DNA from: Octopus vulgaris
Taxonomy: Eukaryota
Assembly: GCA_951406725.2 (NCBI GenBank)
Contig: OX597822.1
Location: 77,314,001 to 77,378,000 of the forward strand
DNA length: 64,000 nucleotides
Reading direction: 5' to 3'
The position numbers and the translations under genes are program-made. The notes below the pieces were generated by a model that was not told where the DNA came from, searched no databases, and saw nothing but the letters and a program-made list of their open reading frames with translations. Shown here in pieces: positions 1-13,060 of the stretch (the first letter of the stretch is position 1; every line of letters begins with the position of its first letter).

Positions 1-927
1 TAGTTAAATATGTGTATGCATCTGTACACAACTTATTTTTCTGATCTTTTTCTGATTCTTAGCTTATATTTATTATAAAGATAGCATGATTTATCACCCC
101 AGTATTCCATAAGTAAATACCCAGAGCAATCTTTATTGAAATCACCTTATAAGTAAATAATTAAGAACAGGTATGAATATTAAACTAATGTTATGTAATC
201 TTCCCTTTCTAATGTTTAAAACTGGTATATGTACACAATTTATCTATTCTGGTTATAATATCGTTTTTAGTAATCTAAAATTTTATCTTCATACAATATA
301 ACAATATTGTTTATATACAATCATCCATTGTCCTCCATGATAGTTTCCTCTGTATGAACATTGTAGGTTTTATCAATGTCTAGCTCCTTTAACCGGTAAT
401 TAACATCTTGATTTAGGGTCTTCCCCTACCCAGCCTCCTTTATAGACAGTTACAAATTTTCTAAATCCTGACAATATTTATAACCATCCCCAACTATAAA
501 TTGTCAACTCTGTCCATCCATTCTAAACAGACACTCTCCTCTAGCCTTAGATTTGGTAGTTGATAAAAAGAAGACTAATAAATTAACAATGAACCACAAT
601 CATTTACAATCTTGATCCTAACAAAATCCATACATTTCTTAGAAGTGTAGTATACTCTGAGTCACATTAGTAGCAACATGGACTTTCTCCCTCTTCATGC
701 TCAATTAGAAAATTTGTGTAAAATTTTATTAATGTTTCCAACTGATTAAAAAATTCTATTTATATTTTCATACAGCTGAGGATAGCCCTACATTTAAATT
801 GATATAATGATTGCATTGTTCGATTAAATGGAGCCACTTGAAACGGTCGTACTGCACACCTCTTGATATCCTGTTGCTTATTTTGAATTTATTCACCTTA
901 CTTTGCGTTGTACGGATAATAATCTCT

Positions 928-976
<49 letters not shown>

Positions 977-1299
977 CCTTCATATCTTGATAATGTGTGG
1001 ACTAAGATCTCCTTTGACAGGCTGCTGGTATTTATAGAGTGTTAAACACTTTCGGTATGCAAATTTAGGGATTCCTTCATAGAGAGAGATTGTGTGTGTT
1101 TATGAAAGCCGAGACGGAATAAAAATACGTTTGTAGTTAAAGGGAAATAACTATATATTCCAACTGCGACGGTAAGTACATAATTATCTCCCTTCTACTA
1201 TAGTGAAATAGTAGAGAAGCGAGATTAATTAGGATTATTATTTACAAGCTAGCCTAGTGTCGTAAAAAATGACGACTAATTGTAGTATTTTAAACTTAA

Positions 1300-1699
1300 C
1301 TAGCAGTATCGCCCGGCGTTGCTCGGGTTTGTTTTGACCCTTTAGAATTGGAATTTTTGAAAAGTAAAAATTTTGCATTATGTTGTTTGTTATTTTCTTT
1401 AAGTGAACATTTTTCTGGTTGAAATACATCGAAAAATGGCGACACAGCAGTCAAAAAATCGTAAAAAATAGGGATTTTCATAGAAAAAAAAAGCACCTTT
1501 TTGATGTTAATAATATTTGGTGTTAACGTGGTCCGATTTGAATTTTTTTTTCTTCTACTGAAGGAAGAGCAAGCCATTCTCCTATCATTCTCTCAATTTT
1601 GGTCAACTTGCGCCGCAGGGTCTCGGAGAAGATAGTGTTAGTTGAAGGCTATCAAACCTGCTATACACAGACAACTTCAGCTTTATATATAGAGAGAGA
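1300..1699 (-). mobile_element. Non-autonomous Helitron (400 bp)
   Basis: On the minus strand it starts A|TC (TCTCTCTCTATATATAAAGCTGAAGTTGTCTG) and ends with the GC hairpin CCCGAGCAACGCCGGG, then CTAG|T. It is inserted between A and T with no TSD, matching canonical Helitron termini. Confidence 0.8.
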
Positions 1700-2184
1700 T
1701 GGAGGTAAGGTACATAATAGAGGTAAGGTACATAATAAGGTACACGAACACACATACACACATTTACTCCAATAAAGTTGAAACGCTCATTTTCCTTTTC
1801 AGCTTTGAATGTTCACACAAACTCCCGTTTACATACACACACACACGCATACTCACGCAGAGTTGAATCGCTGTTTGATATCCTTCTTTCACCAAAGAAC
1901 TTCCATCATTTCACTACCAAGTTTGCCGTCACCTCTTCCTTCCTTATTCATCTTTCACTCCTTCCGTCCTTTCTCATTCATATATTGTGACGGAGAAAAA
2001 CATAAGAGTAGGATATTATTAATTAGATCTGTTTCCTTACGGCAGAAAAGAGATCCAATTAGAAATTATTAACATTGCTATTAATTTCATGTTTGAGTTA
2101 CGCTAATCATGGACATTGATGTTGATTTTAACGTGCTTCTATAAATTTCTTTGACGATAGACAGACGAGTATGGACGAGTATAA

Positions 2185-2565
2185 GCGCAAGTATGGATGT
2201 GTGGTAAAAGGTTTGCTTCCGGGTTCAGTCCCACTGCGTGACACCTTGGTCAAGTTTCTTTTACCAAAGCCCCAATCCGACCAAAACCTAAACATTGTGA
2301 ATGGATTTGGTCGAGGGAAACTGAAGTAAGCCCGTTTTGTGAGGGAGAAGCGGAATGCACGCGCTTTTGTCTGTACTTCAGTTTGACAGACATCCGGTGC
2401 TTGTTTGTTTACATCTCTGTAAGCTAGTGACTCAGCAAAAATAAACTTTTAGAATAAGTATCAAGCTTAAAAAATAAGTAGAACAGGTTTGTTCGACTAA
2501 GCCTTTGGATACGCTGTCCCAGCGTGACCGCAGTCGAATGCCTGAAACAACCAAAAGATAAACGA
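2185..2565 (+). mobile_element. SINE family A, diverged copy
   Basis: Matches the family A copies elsewhere in the window (GGGTTCAGTCCCACTGCGTG..CACCTTGG..CAAGT; AGAATAAGTA; CAGCGTGACCGCAGTC..TGAAACAA). Confidence 0.75.
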
Positions 2566-2726
2566 TACAATTAGAATTTCTATTGTTCTATTTGTGAGAG
2601 ACATTCTCGAGAGGAAGACGATATTAAAGCGATTTTTGTATATTCACTAAATAAAAATGTTACAGTTATTTTCTTTTGTTGCAAGCAAATGAAATTTGAA
2701 GAAATGTTAACAATATTATTAGCGTT

Positions 2727-2800
2727 TCAAAAGCGAGGAGACATGAGAGAGGTGGTTGCAGGAACGTTCAAATTATCGTCTGCTTCAATGAATTCGTTTT
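2727..2800 (-). CDS. Possible terminal coding exon of an unidentified minus-strand gene (xNEFIEADDNLNVPATTSLMSPRF*)
   Basis: Polypyrimidine acceptor TGCCTTTCCTCTCTCTTAG at 2819-2801, then a phase-1 open frame to TGA in unique sequence. No homology recognised and no upstream exon found. Confidence 0.2.
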
Positions 2801-2844
2801 CTAAGAGAGAGGAAAGGCATGAGATATCCGCAATAGGAAGACCT

Positions 2845-3070
2845 TCTCCCTCGAACTTTTCCAGGAAGTTCCAATCACCCCTCCTGGGACTTTTCCATGG
2901 AGTCCCACCCACCCCTCCTCTAACTTTTCCAGGAAGTCCTTCCTCCCCCTCATTGGAATTTTCCAGGAAGTACCCAGCCCCATCCTCGGACTTTCCTAGA
3001 CGTCCCACTCGCCCCTCCTCGGACTTTTCCAGGAAATCTTCCTGACATTCCTCACCCTCCTTGGACTTTA
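2845..3070. repeat. Minisatellite, ~33-34 bp unit (CTCCTCGGACTTTTCCAGGAAGTCC...), 6-7 copies
   Basis: Unit recurs near 2848, 2881, 2915, 2950, 2983, 3015 and 3057. Confidence 0.85.
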
Positions 3071-3129
3071 CTGTAGTGTTACGGAACTTCTGCCACTGTG
3101 TCAAAACCTGCCACTGTTACTGTAGGTAG

Positions 3130-3665
3130 ATCTATATAATCTATATAGCTTTACGTTTCCCTATATAACCTATGTAAGGACACCTGGGGCTATATAGACT
3201 ATCTAGGCACCCCAGAGCCTATATAGTACATATAGGTGGCTCTGGGCCTATATAGCTGCTATAGGCACACCTGGCCCTATATAGACTATATAGGCCCACC
3301 TGGGCCTATAGAGATTATATAGCCACCCCTGTGCCTGCATGGCCTATATACGTACCCCGGGCATATATAGACTATATAGGCACACCTGAGCCAATAATGA
3401 AAAACTTTCCAAAGGATTTTCATGAAAATTTTGAAAAACTTTTCAAAGGATTTTGATGGAAATTTTGAAGAACTATATAGCTTACATAGGCACCCTGTGC
3501 CTATATAGCCAACATAGGAACCCATGGGTCTCTATAGACTATGTAGGAACCCATGGGTCTCTATAGGAACCCATGGGTCTCTATAGACTATGTAGGCACA
3601 CCTGGAATTATATATAGTCTATATATGTATACATATAGCCTATATAGCATCTCCTGTGCCTTTAT
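3130..3665. repeat. Minisatellite, ~29 bp unit (CTATATAGACTATATAGGCACACCTGGGC)
   Basis: Degenerate tandem copies with a CTATATAG core, interrupted at ~3398-3470 by units of the following AT-rich array. Confidence 0.85.
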
Positions 3666-5870
3666 AGGATTTTGGGGAAAATTTTGAAAATCTTTTCAGA
3701 GGATTTGAAACATTTTTCAAAAATTTTGATGAAAATTTTGAAAAAACTTTTCAAAAATTTTGATGAAAATTTTCAAAGAACTTTCCAGAATTTTGATGAA
3801 AATTTTAAGAAAAATTTTCAGAAAATTTGATGAAAATTTTCAAAAAACTTTTCAAAAATTTTGATGCCAATTTTTTTTTTAATTTTCAAAACTTTTGATG
3901 AAAACTTTTCAAAACTTTTGATGAAAATTTTCAAAAAATTTTTCAAATAGTTTAATGAAACATCTTGAAAAATCTTTTCAAAAGACAAAATTTCTCAAAA
4001 CACCTATCCATAATTTTGATGAAACTTTTCAAAAATCTTTACAGAAATTTTGATGAAAATTTTCAAAAAAATTTTCAAAAATTTTCCTGAATATTTTCAG
4101 AAATTGATGAAAATTTTTTAAAAACTTTTCAAGAAACTTTGATGATAATATCCAAAAAACTTTCTGATGAAAATTTTCAGAAAACTTTTCAAACATTTTG
4201 ATGAAAATTTTCAGAAACCTTTTCAAAAATTTTGAAGGAAATTTTTTTATAATTTTCAAGAAATTTTGATGAAAATTTTCAAAAAGCTTTCCAAAATTTG
4301 CAAAAATTTTGATGAAAATTTTCAAAAAACTTTCCAAAATTTTGATAATAATTTTCTGAAAGATTTTCATAAATTTTGATGAAAATTTTCAAAAAACTTT
4401 TCCAGAATATTGATGAAAATTTTCAAAGAATTTTCAAAGATTTTGATGAAAATTTTCAAAAAACTTTTGAAAAATTTTGATGAAAATTTTCAAAAGACTT
4501 TCCAATGATAGTTTTCAAAAATCTTTTCAAATTATCTGATAAAAATTCTCAAAAAACTTTCCAAAATTTGCAAAAACTTTTCAAAAATTCTCCAAAAACT
4601 TTTCAAAAATTCTCCAAAAACTTTTCAAAAATTCTCCAAAAACTTTTCAAAAATTTTGATGAAACTTTTCAAAAATTTTGATGAAACTTTTCAAAAATTT
4701 TGATGAAACTTTTCAAAAATTTTGATGAAACTTTTCAAAAATTTTGATGAAACTTTTCAAAAACCTTTCCAAAATTTTGATGAAAGTTGTCAGAAAAATT
4801 TTCAAAACTTTTGATGGAAACTTTCAAAAAACTTTTCAAGAAATTTTGATGAAAATTTTCAAAAAACTTTCCAAAATTCTGATGAAAATTTTCAGAAAAA
4901 GTTTTTAAAATTTTGATGAAAATTTTCAAAAAACTTTTCAAAAATCTTGATGAAAATTTTCAAAAAGCTTTTGAAAAATTTTGATGGAAATTTTCAGAAA
5001 AATTTACAAAAATCTTTCTAAAATTTTCATGAAAATTTTCAAAAGACTTTTCAAAAATTTTGATGAAGTTATTCAAAAAACTTTTCAGAACTTTTGATAA
5101 AAATTTTCAAAAGTTTTGATGAAAATTTTCAGTTAAATTTTCATACATTTTGATGAAATTTGCAAAAAAACTTTTGTAAAATTTTGATGAAGAGTTTTAA
5201 AAACTTTTCAAAAAATTTTTCCAAAATTTTGATGAAATCTTTCAAAAATCTTTTCAAAAGATAAAAATTCTCAAAAAACCTTTCCATAATTTTCAAAAAA
5301 CTTTCCAGTATTTTGATGAAAATTTGTAACATGAATTGTACCAAAAATCTTGATGAAAATTTTCAGAAATATTTTGAAAACTTTTGATGAAAATTTTCAA
5401 AAAGATTTTCAAAAATCTTGATGAAAATTTCTCAAAAAACCTTTCCATAACTTTGATGAAAAGTTTCAAAAAACTTTTGAAAAATTTTGTTCAAAATTTT
5501 GATGAAAATTCTCAAAAAACCTTTCAAAAATTTTCCGAAATTTTGATGAAAATTTTCAGAAATTTTTCAAAAATTTTGATTAAATTTTTCAAAAAAATTT
5601 TTAAAATATCATCAAAATTGTTTTTTGAAGATTTTCATCAAAACTTTTGAAAATTTTTCTGAAAATTTTCATCAAAATTTTGGAAAGTTGTTTGAAAGTT
5701 TTCATCAAAATTTTTGAAAAGTTTTTTGAAAATTTCCATTAAAATTTTTGAAAAGCTTTTTGAAAATTTTAATCAAAGTTTCTTTTCAGGAATATTTTCA
5801 AAAATTTTGAAGAAAATTTTCAGAAAATTTTCAGAAATCTTGATGAAAATTTTCAAAATGTTTTCAAAAG
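3666..5870. repeat. 2.2 kb AT-rich minisatellite, ~33 bp unit (AAAATTTTGATGAAAATTTTCAAAAAACTTTTC), with an internal inverted block at ~5600-5775
   Basis: Dozens of degenerate tandem copies. TTTTGATGAAAA switches to TTTTCATCAAAA at ~5600-5775 and then reverts. Confidence 0.95.
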
Positions 5871-8310
5871 GGCCACAATACTGCCGACAGGGCCATTAGA
5901 ACAAAGAAACAGGCCTGGAATGCTTGGAAGAGTGGTGGTTGCAGGAGAATGTATCATATAGAGAAAAGGGAATCTATGAGACAGGTATATATAACCAAGG
6001 GAGTAGCAGAAAAGAAGGAATTTGCCAATGCAATATGAGGACCAGAGAACTGAAGTATTTCAGATTGCAAGACAGTGTGTGAGAGAAAACCATGATGTCA
6101 TAGGAGAGAAATGTGTCTGCATGGATGATGGTGCCCTTGCGTTTAATGATTCTGCAAAGAAAGAGGCTTGGAGATGCTATTACAAAAGACTGCTAAATGT
6201 GGAGAATGAACGGGAGGAAAAGAGTCTGCCAAAGGTTGACCCAATTGAGGGACCAGCTATCTGAATTGACAGTACCCAGGTAGATAAAGCTATTGAGGAT
6301 ATGAAGACAGGGAAAGCACCTGGCCCATCAGGAATCACTGCTGGGATGCTTAAAATATTGGGTGGTGTGTGTTATGGTCTTGTCACCCGCATTGTAAATC
6401 AGGTAGTCCATGAAGGAGTCATAGTCAACTGCTATAAGGGGAAAGGTAATGCTTTAAATAGAAATAACTACAGCGGTATCAAATTATTGGATCAGGTGAT
6501 GAAGGTTACCGAGAGGGTCATAGCCCAACTAATTAGAGAGAGAGTTAGTCTAGATGAGATGCAGTTTGGTTTTGTGCCAGGCAGAAGCACAACTGTTGCT
6601 ATATTTCTGGTAAGGAAACTGCAGGAGAAATACCTAGCCAAAGATAAACCTTTGTACTTGGCTTTTGTTGACTTGGAGAAAGCCTTTGACAGGGTCCCCC
6701 GATCCCTTATCTGGTGGTCAATGTGGAAACTGGGAATAGATGAGTGGCTTGTAAGAGCTGTACAAGCTCTGTATAAGGACGCTGTCAGTAAGGTGAGGGT
6801 TGGCAACGAATATAGTGAAGAATTCTGAGTAAAAGTAGGGGTTCACCAAGGATCAGTTCTCAGCCCCTTCTTATTCATTATAATCCACCAGGCAATAACA
6901 GAGGAATTCAAGACAAGCTGCCCCTGGGAGCTCCTCTATGCTGATGACCTTGCTCTAATAGCTGAGTCACTGCCAAAAATGGAGATAAAGTTTAGGGTGT
7001 GTAAGCAAGGTCTAGAATCAAAGGGCCTTAGAGTCAACCTAGCCAAAATCAAAGTTTTAGTAAATAGGAAGGCTGTCAAATCACAACTCCCTTCAGGTAG
7101 ATGGCCCTGCTTGATCAGTAGAAAAGGCATGAGTAGAAACTCCATACGCTGCACCCAGTGTAAGCTATGGACACATAAAAGGTGAAGCAATATCAAAGGA
7201 AGGTTAACCAGGAAAATAGTTTTTGTGTGTGGCAGATGAAATGGGGCAATAAACACTGAAGCTGTACAGAAAACAAATTCCATTACATACCAAGGGAAGC
7301 AACTAGAAGTAGTTAATACCTTCTGCTACCTAGGTGACCAAGTCTGTAGTGGGGGTGATTGCTCTGAGTGTAGCGACTAGAGTAAGAATAGCCTGGGCAA
7401 AGTTCGGGGAGCTCCTACCTCTGCTGGCAACTAGGGGCCTCTCGTTCAGGGTGAAAGGTAGTCTATGTAATACATGTGTGTGAACAGCCATGCCAAACGG
7501 CAGTGAAACATGGGCCATGAATGCTGAGGACATGTGTAGGCTTGAAAGAAATGAAGGTAGTATGTGTAATGGATGTGTAATGTCAGTGTGCATACACGAC
7601 AGAGTGTAAGTGCCCTGAGAGAAAAGTTGGGCATAAGAAGCATCAAATGTGGTGTGTAAGAGAGGCGACTGCCATGTGTTACATATGAATGAAGACAGCT
7701 GTGTGAGGAAGTGCCACTCCCTAACTGTTGAAGAAACCTGTGAAAGAGGTAGACCCAGGAAGACATGAGATGAGGTGGTGAAGCATGACCTTCAAACATT
7801 GGGCCTCACAGAGGTAATGACAGGAGACCAGGACCTTTGGAGACATGCTGTGATTGAGAAGACCCGGCAACTAAAGTGGGGTCGCAGCCATGCACATCCA
7901 GCCCAGTTAAGAATGCTCCTATTGGGCAATATGATATGCTCGAGTCAAGTAAAACCAGTATTGTAGCTGAGGGCTGGTGCCCCCAAGTTGGATGGCATGT
8001 AAAAAGCACTATCTGAAAGTGGTCAATGCCACATCCACCTGACTGACTCCTGTGCTGGTGGTACGTAAAAAGCATCATCTGAATGTGTTCGTTGCCAGAC
8101 CAGCCTTACTGGCTCTGGTGCTTGTGGCATGTAAAAAGAACCCACTACACTCTCAGAGTGGCTAGCATTAGGAAGGGTATCCAGCTGTAGAAACTCTGCC
8201 AGACCAGACTGGACCCTGGTGCAGCCGCTTGCTCTTCAGACCTCAGTCAAACCGTCCAACCCATGCCAGCATGGAAAACAGATGATGATGGTGATGATAA
8301 TGATAATGAT
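5871..8310 (+). mobile_element. 5'-truncated, decayed RTE-clade LINE (RT, Cys/His region, 3' UTR, (GAT)n tail)
   Basis: RT motifs KAPGPSGI, QFGFVPGRST, FVDLEKAFDRVPR (ORF 6301-6828), GVHQGSVLSP (~6838) and LYADDL (~6935). Also WPCLIS..SIRCTQCKLWTHKR. Stops and frameshifts throughout. The 3' UTR ends CCATGCCAGCATGGAAAACA(GAT)n. Confidence 0.92.
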
Positions 8311-8984
8311 TCTTGCTATTCCTTGTGTACACAAGGATTTATCATCATTTGAGAGATACCAGCACAGATCAACAAACCATTTCTGGTCTCTCTGGTGCCA
8401 GTACAATGACAGAGAGCACCCCTCCGTGTTCCATAGAGAACAAGCTCTCCATTTTTACCTCTCATTCCTTTCAATATGAAATATATTTGAAAAAATACAC
8501 GTGTATTTTTTCAAATATGTTTTAAATTATTTAATCATTCAACGTCCACCCACCACATCGAATTTAACTGAACTTTACCACAAACAATGAATCCTGAAGA
8601 AGGAAATATTATTTCGAAGGAGCTGAATATGGGATGATCCTGCAGCCCTTTGATATATTTTCTTAAACGGCCATTAGTTTTTAACTGATTTCATTTTCCT
8701 AATATCTCATATTGCTGAACTCTATTTACAATTTTAATCTTCCTTCGAATGCATCTATCTACACACACACACACATACATGTTTCTTATGATTTTATGTC
8801 TTACTTCATTTATGTTTTATTTTTTTATTCTTTAGCATTTGAATTTTTAATATAAACATGCATTTTTTTATCCTAAAGGTACATGAATGGAACAGCGTAT
8901 CTCATCCAATCACATCTTACAAATCACTGAAAGTATGATTTCATTTATTTGGATGTAAATTACTGGTAACCAAAATTTTTATCT

Positions 8985-9110
8985 TCTACTAAAATTTGTG
9001 ATCTCATTGGGCTATTCCTGCTTGACACGTTAGGAAAAGCTTTTCCTGGTGTATATTTTGCTATTCATAGGGATGATGCTCTAGCTTTAGCTAAGAATAC
9101 CAATGGACCA
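8985..9110 (+). mobile_element. Penelope-type RT fragment
   Basis: Translates SSTKICDLIGLFLLDTLGKAFPGVYFAIHRDDALALAKNTNGP, resembling the Penelope-like element (PLE) motif GAE(I/V)CELVGLYLL...GLYRDDGLA. Confidence 0.65.
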
Positions 9111-9400
9111 GTTTTGTGGTATCGACCACGTCACCTTTCTGGTCAGGCCAGCGACGGCTGCCAGGCTGCCAGCATTGGATGCAGACGAGCAGTCTCAATG
9201 CCGCTGCTGTGTGGTTGGGCATGAGATGATGGAGGGAGGCATGCTATCGGTCAATGACAAGGGCATGCAACAGTGGCCATTGATATGCCGTGTGCGAAAG
9301 GCCGTTGTCACGATATCGACCGTGAGTGTGTGTGTGTGTCCGTGTATTATGCACCTCCACCTCACCCCTCCTGATAATTGTCATCATTCCACAAAACCGT

Positions 9401-9823
9401 CTTCTGGTGTGTAAGGAAGGAAGGAAGAATTTAGAAGAAGCTGGTAGTCATCCATGCATGCAGCCAATGTTGTGATGCTGACCATGATGGCGTGGTCGAC
9501 ACCACACACCATCAACAGCAGTCGGTAGAGGCCACCTGGTAAAAACACCACAGCCTGCAAGCGACTGCACTCATTGTCAACCGATTCATTGTTTGTGGTA
9601 AGTTAATCGTAAAGTTTGGATCGCGATGGCGTGGTCAACACCATGTGACAGCAGTCGGCAGTTCAGTCAAGTCCGTGCACATGGCCAAATGGCTGCTGGC
9701 TTCTTCTAAATCCATCACAGATGGCCAGCAGCAGCTGCCAGGCTGACAGCACCGCAACATTGGCTGTGTGCACAGGCGGCTGCTGGCTTATTCTAAATCC
9801 TTCCTTCCTCACGCACCAGAAGA
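9401..9823. mobile_element. MITE-like element with ~45 bp imperfect terminal inverted repeats (may extend left to ~9110)
   Basis: CTTCTGGTGTGTAAGGAAGGAAGG..ATTTAGAAGAAGC at 9401 is the near reverse complement of GCTTATTCTAAATCCTTCCTTCCTCACGCACCAGAAG ending at ~9823. The internal motif GCGTGGTCGACACCAC occurs at 9490 and 9630, and inverted at ~9116. Confidence 0.55.
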
Positions 9824-9949
9824 ATTAAAAAATCTGTACATCAAATGGAATAGATCCTCTTTTGTTTACGTATATAATTATTTAATTATATTTATTTATC
9901 TATCTATTGTATAAGTTTCATATTATTATTAGTTTATGGGGATCTTATT

Positions 9950-11860
9950 CTGTCATAGATTGTGATGTGTATGTGGGGTGGGGATGCTAGCATTCCATTC
10001 CAGTTTCCTATTCAGGCTAGGTTTATCTTCTATTATGTGAGTAGCTTCTGTAATTTGTCTAAGCATTGCGTCCGTTCTATGTTGTTGAGTGAGCCCCTGT
10101 GTTCCCACTCGGTATGCTGGTATAGAATCAATGAGCTCTTCTTTTCCATCCAATTCTCATTTACCCGCTCTCCTATGCTCCGTTCGGTCTCCCCTACGTA
10201 CGTCATTGTCATGTTTCTGCACCATCCCTCTGCACATCTTATTCTATAGACTACATTCCTAACTTTACAGTTTGTTTGTGGGCTAAATCTACATACAATA
10301 CAGTTCCTATCAGTACAAGGGGTTCTATTTAAATGTTAGGTTCTACCGATTAGGGATTTGATAGGGTTACCTGGCTTTTCTACAACCTTAATCCTTAGCT
10401 AAAGCTTGTCTAGGGCCCTTCTAAAGCGGTACATCAGTTCGCCTCTAGGGGTGTGTTGACGAACATGACACTCTGGTATTTGTGGCTAAAATACCATGAG
10501 TTGGCCTTTCCTATTTTCTTTTTCGTTCTTTCAATGGTATTCCATGACTTACTCCTGTAGAGTGGGCAAATCTCATTCCTATCATTACGTATAATAGTTT
10601 CAAATTTCCTCATGGCTCCTTTGTATACTCTGATCCTTTCTCTGTGGCTGTATCCTGAGACCTGCATGCGGTGAACGAAGTGTTGTATGTGTCTCTTTAA
10701 CTCTGTAGGGTTGCACATCCGGGACACATTTCTCCTTACTCTGATGAGGTTTGCCATCAATATATTGAATTTGGTATTGTCTGCAATAGTTGAGTTCCGG
10801 TGGATCAGGTATCTGGAGGCCATAGGCTTGGCATAGTGTGAATGGAGGATTTGGGTTTTATTATTCACAGTTTCCAACCAGAGTTCTGTATCTAGTACTG
10901 GTAGTCTATGGTTAGGATGTTTTGTAGGGTAGTCTGTCGTGATCTTAATACTCTGGCGGATGGAGTTAGCTATTTGCTGGATGCTCTCCATAGTATTAGT
11001 TTCTTTTTCTATTTCAAGGGTACTCTCTTGTGGGGGTGTCTTTATCCACCATGTTGATATCACTGACATAGCGAGAGTACATGTTCATGAGTATGGAGTT
11101 CTGTGCCAGGCATTCTTTAAGCCTCCTTTTCCACCATACCATGAAAAGGTTGGCCACATCATCACCAATGCTAACCCCAATGGTTGCCCCCTCATCCTGG
11201 GTGCATATTTTGTTGTTAAACTCAAACGTGTGGCTTTTAGGGTAACTCTTATACTAGCCCCTAGTGCATGTGCAATAATTTTCTTTACTTGATACTGGTT
11301 TTCAGGGGTCTGTATGGCTCCATTTCTCTATAGGGGTCTTCCTGGTCATAGATGTAATTGTAGTGGGTCTGCCTCTTAAACGTCTACTGGGGCAGAAAGT
11401 TCTAAGATCATATTTGTCTTGATATTCATTGTCATATGTTAGTCTGAATAGGAGGCCCAGTTCCTCTGTTGACACTGCAGAACTCTACTTCGCTTTCGTT
11501 GATCATCTCCATGCACTTCTCCACCACAAAATCCTCATTGGTGAATGGGTGTAAAGATACCACATCCATGCTATCAACTATGCATCCTGTCAGGTCGCAG
11601 GTGTTGTTACAGTTGTTGATCCTGCTGAGGAGATCTTCTCTGCTGTCACAAACATCTGGTGACATCTGGATTACGGGGTGTATGATCATTGTAAGGAAGT
11701 AGGAGATCCTGTAGTTGCTAGTGATATTTGCTCTGCAGACTGGTCTTGTTAGAAGTCCTGCCACTGGATTGGTGGTTATTTTGTGGTCCTTGCGGAGTCC
11801 ATACAGTGTCGGGATATAATTGTTCCAAGCTTGGAAACTGTTGGCTGTGCATTTCTGATA
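9950..11860 (-). mobile_element. Decayed Penelope-like retroelement (RT plus GIY-YIG endonuclease)
   Basis: Minus-strand motifs: LYGLRKDHK, RPVC, SMDVVSLHP, YSRYVSDIN (decayed YVDD), DYPTKHPNHRLPVLDTELW, YAKPMAS. These are followed by CIVC..NCKVRNVVYRIRC..TYVGETERSIGER and RQITEATHI (GIY-YIG). Confidence 0.9.
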
Positions 11861-12434
11861 TATTATTATTATTATTATTATTATTAATAATATTTTTTTC
11901 ATTCGTTTTATGTTTTTGTCCCCACTGTGGCATTTTGTCTGTCCTCATGCTGTCCCCTCTATGTTTGGAAATAAAAATCATTATTGTTGTTGTTGTTGTT
12001 ATTATTATTATTAGTGACGGAAGCAGTATTGGTACCAAAAGGTAATCTTTATATCCAACCTAACGTGGATGTCCTATCAAAACATTGAATACATTATTTG
12101 CCTTCAGAGGTCCCCTGATACAAGTGCTTGGTGCATTAAAGTATACATGCAGATCATTGTATACGAATATCGTTTATCATGGGCGCCAGAACTCCATTAT
12201 TATGTGATTTCATTAGAAATCATTAGAGGAAGACTTCAGGTCACCGCATGCCAGTCACATCTCGTGATATAGGAATTCCAGCACTCATGACAAAAGATAT
12301 TCGTCTGCTCCAATCTTCAATGTGTATGCTTTTATGCACCAAGCATAACATAAGTGAAAATCTCTCCCCGCTCATAATGCAGTATTTGGTGTTCTAACAA
12401 ACCATCCATTGGATATAAAGATTATTATTATTAA

Positions 12435-13060
12435 GGCAGCGAGGTGGCAGAATTGTTAGCACACAGGGCGAAATGCTTAGTGGCATTTCACACGTCGCTA
12501 TGTTCTGTGTTCAAATTTTGCTGAGGTCAACTTTGCCTTTCATCCTTTTGGAGTCAATTGAATAAGCACCAGTTATGCACTGGGGTCAATGTAATCGACT
12601 TAATCCCCTCCCCCAAATTTGAGGCCTTGTGCTTCCAGTTGTTATTGTTATTATTATTATTATTATTATTAGCTGGCAGGATCGTTAACACACCGGGCGA
12701 AATGATTAGTGGTATTTCATCTGCCACTACATTCTGAGTTCAAATTCTGTCGATGTCGACTTTGCCTTTTATCCTTTCGGGGTTGATTAAATAAGTACCA
12801 GTTACGCACTGGGGTCGATATAATCGACTTAATCCGTTTGTCTGTCCTTGTTTGTCCTCTCTGTGTTTAGCCCCTTGTGGGTAGTAAAGAAATAGATATT
12901 TCGTCTGCCGCTACTTTCTGAGTTTAAATTCCGCCGAGTTCGACTTTGCCTTTCATCCTTTCGGTATCGACAAATTACATACCAGTGAAACACTGGGGTC
13001 GATGTAATCAACTTGTCCGCTCCTCCAAAACTTCAAGCTTTGTGCCTTCGGTAGAAAGGG
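12435..13060 (+). mobile_element. Cluster of SINE family B copies (tRNA-like head, TTTCATCCTTTCGGGGTCGATAAA..AAGTACCAG core), including a dimer
   Basis: B-box-like GAGTTCAAATTCC plus the conserved core. Further copies at ~13213-13410(-), 15810-16185(-), 16315-16480(-), 18790-19465(+), 33130-33485(-), 34975-35360(-), 35700-35870(-), 36530-36760(+), 53155-53500(-) and 59725-59865(-). Confidence 0.85.

Noticed and set aside
2845-5870. CRISPR-like palindromic repeat array
   Set aside because: The units are degenerate tandem repeats without unique spacers, there are no cas genes, and the context is eukaryotic.
4029-5899. K/F/I-rich ORFs
   Set aside because: Translations of the 33 bp satellite.
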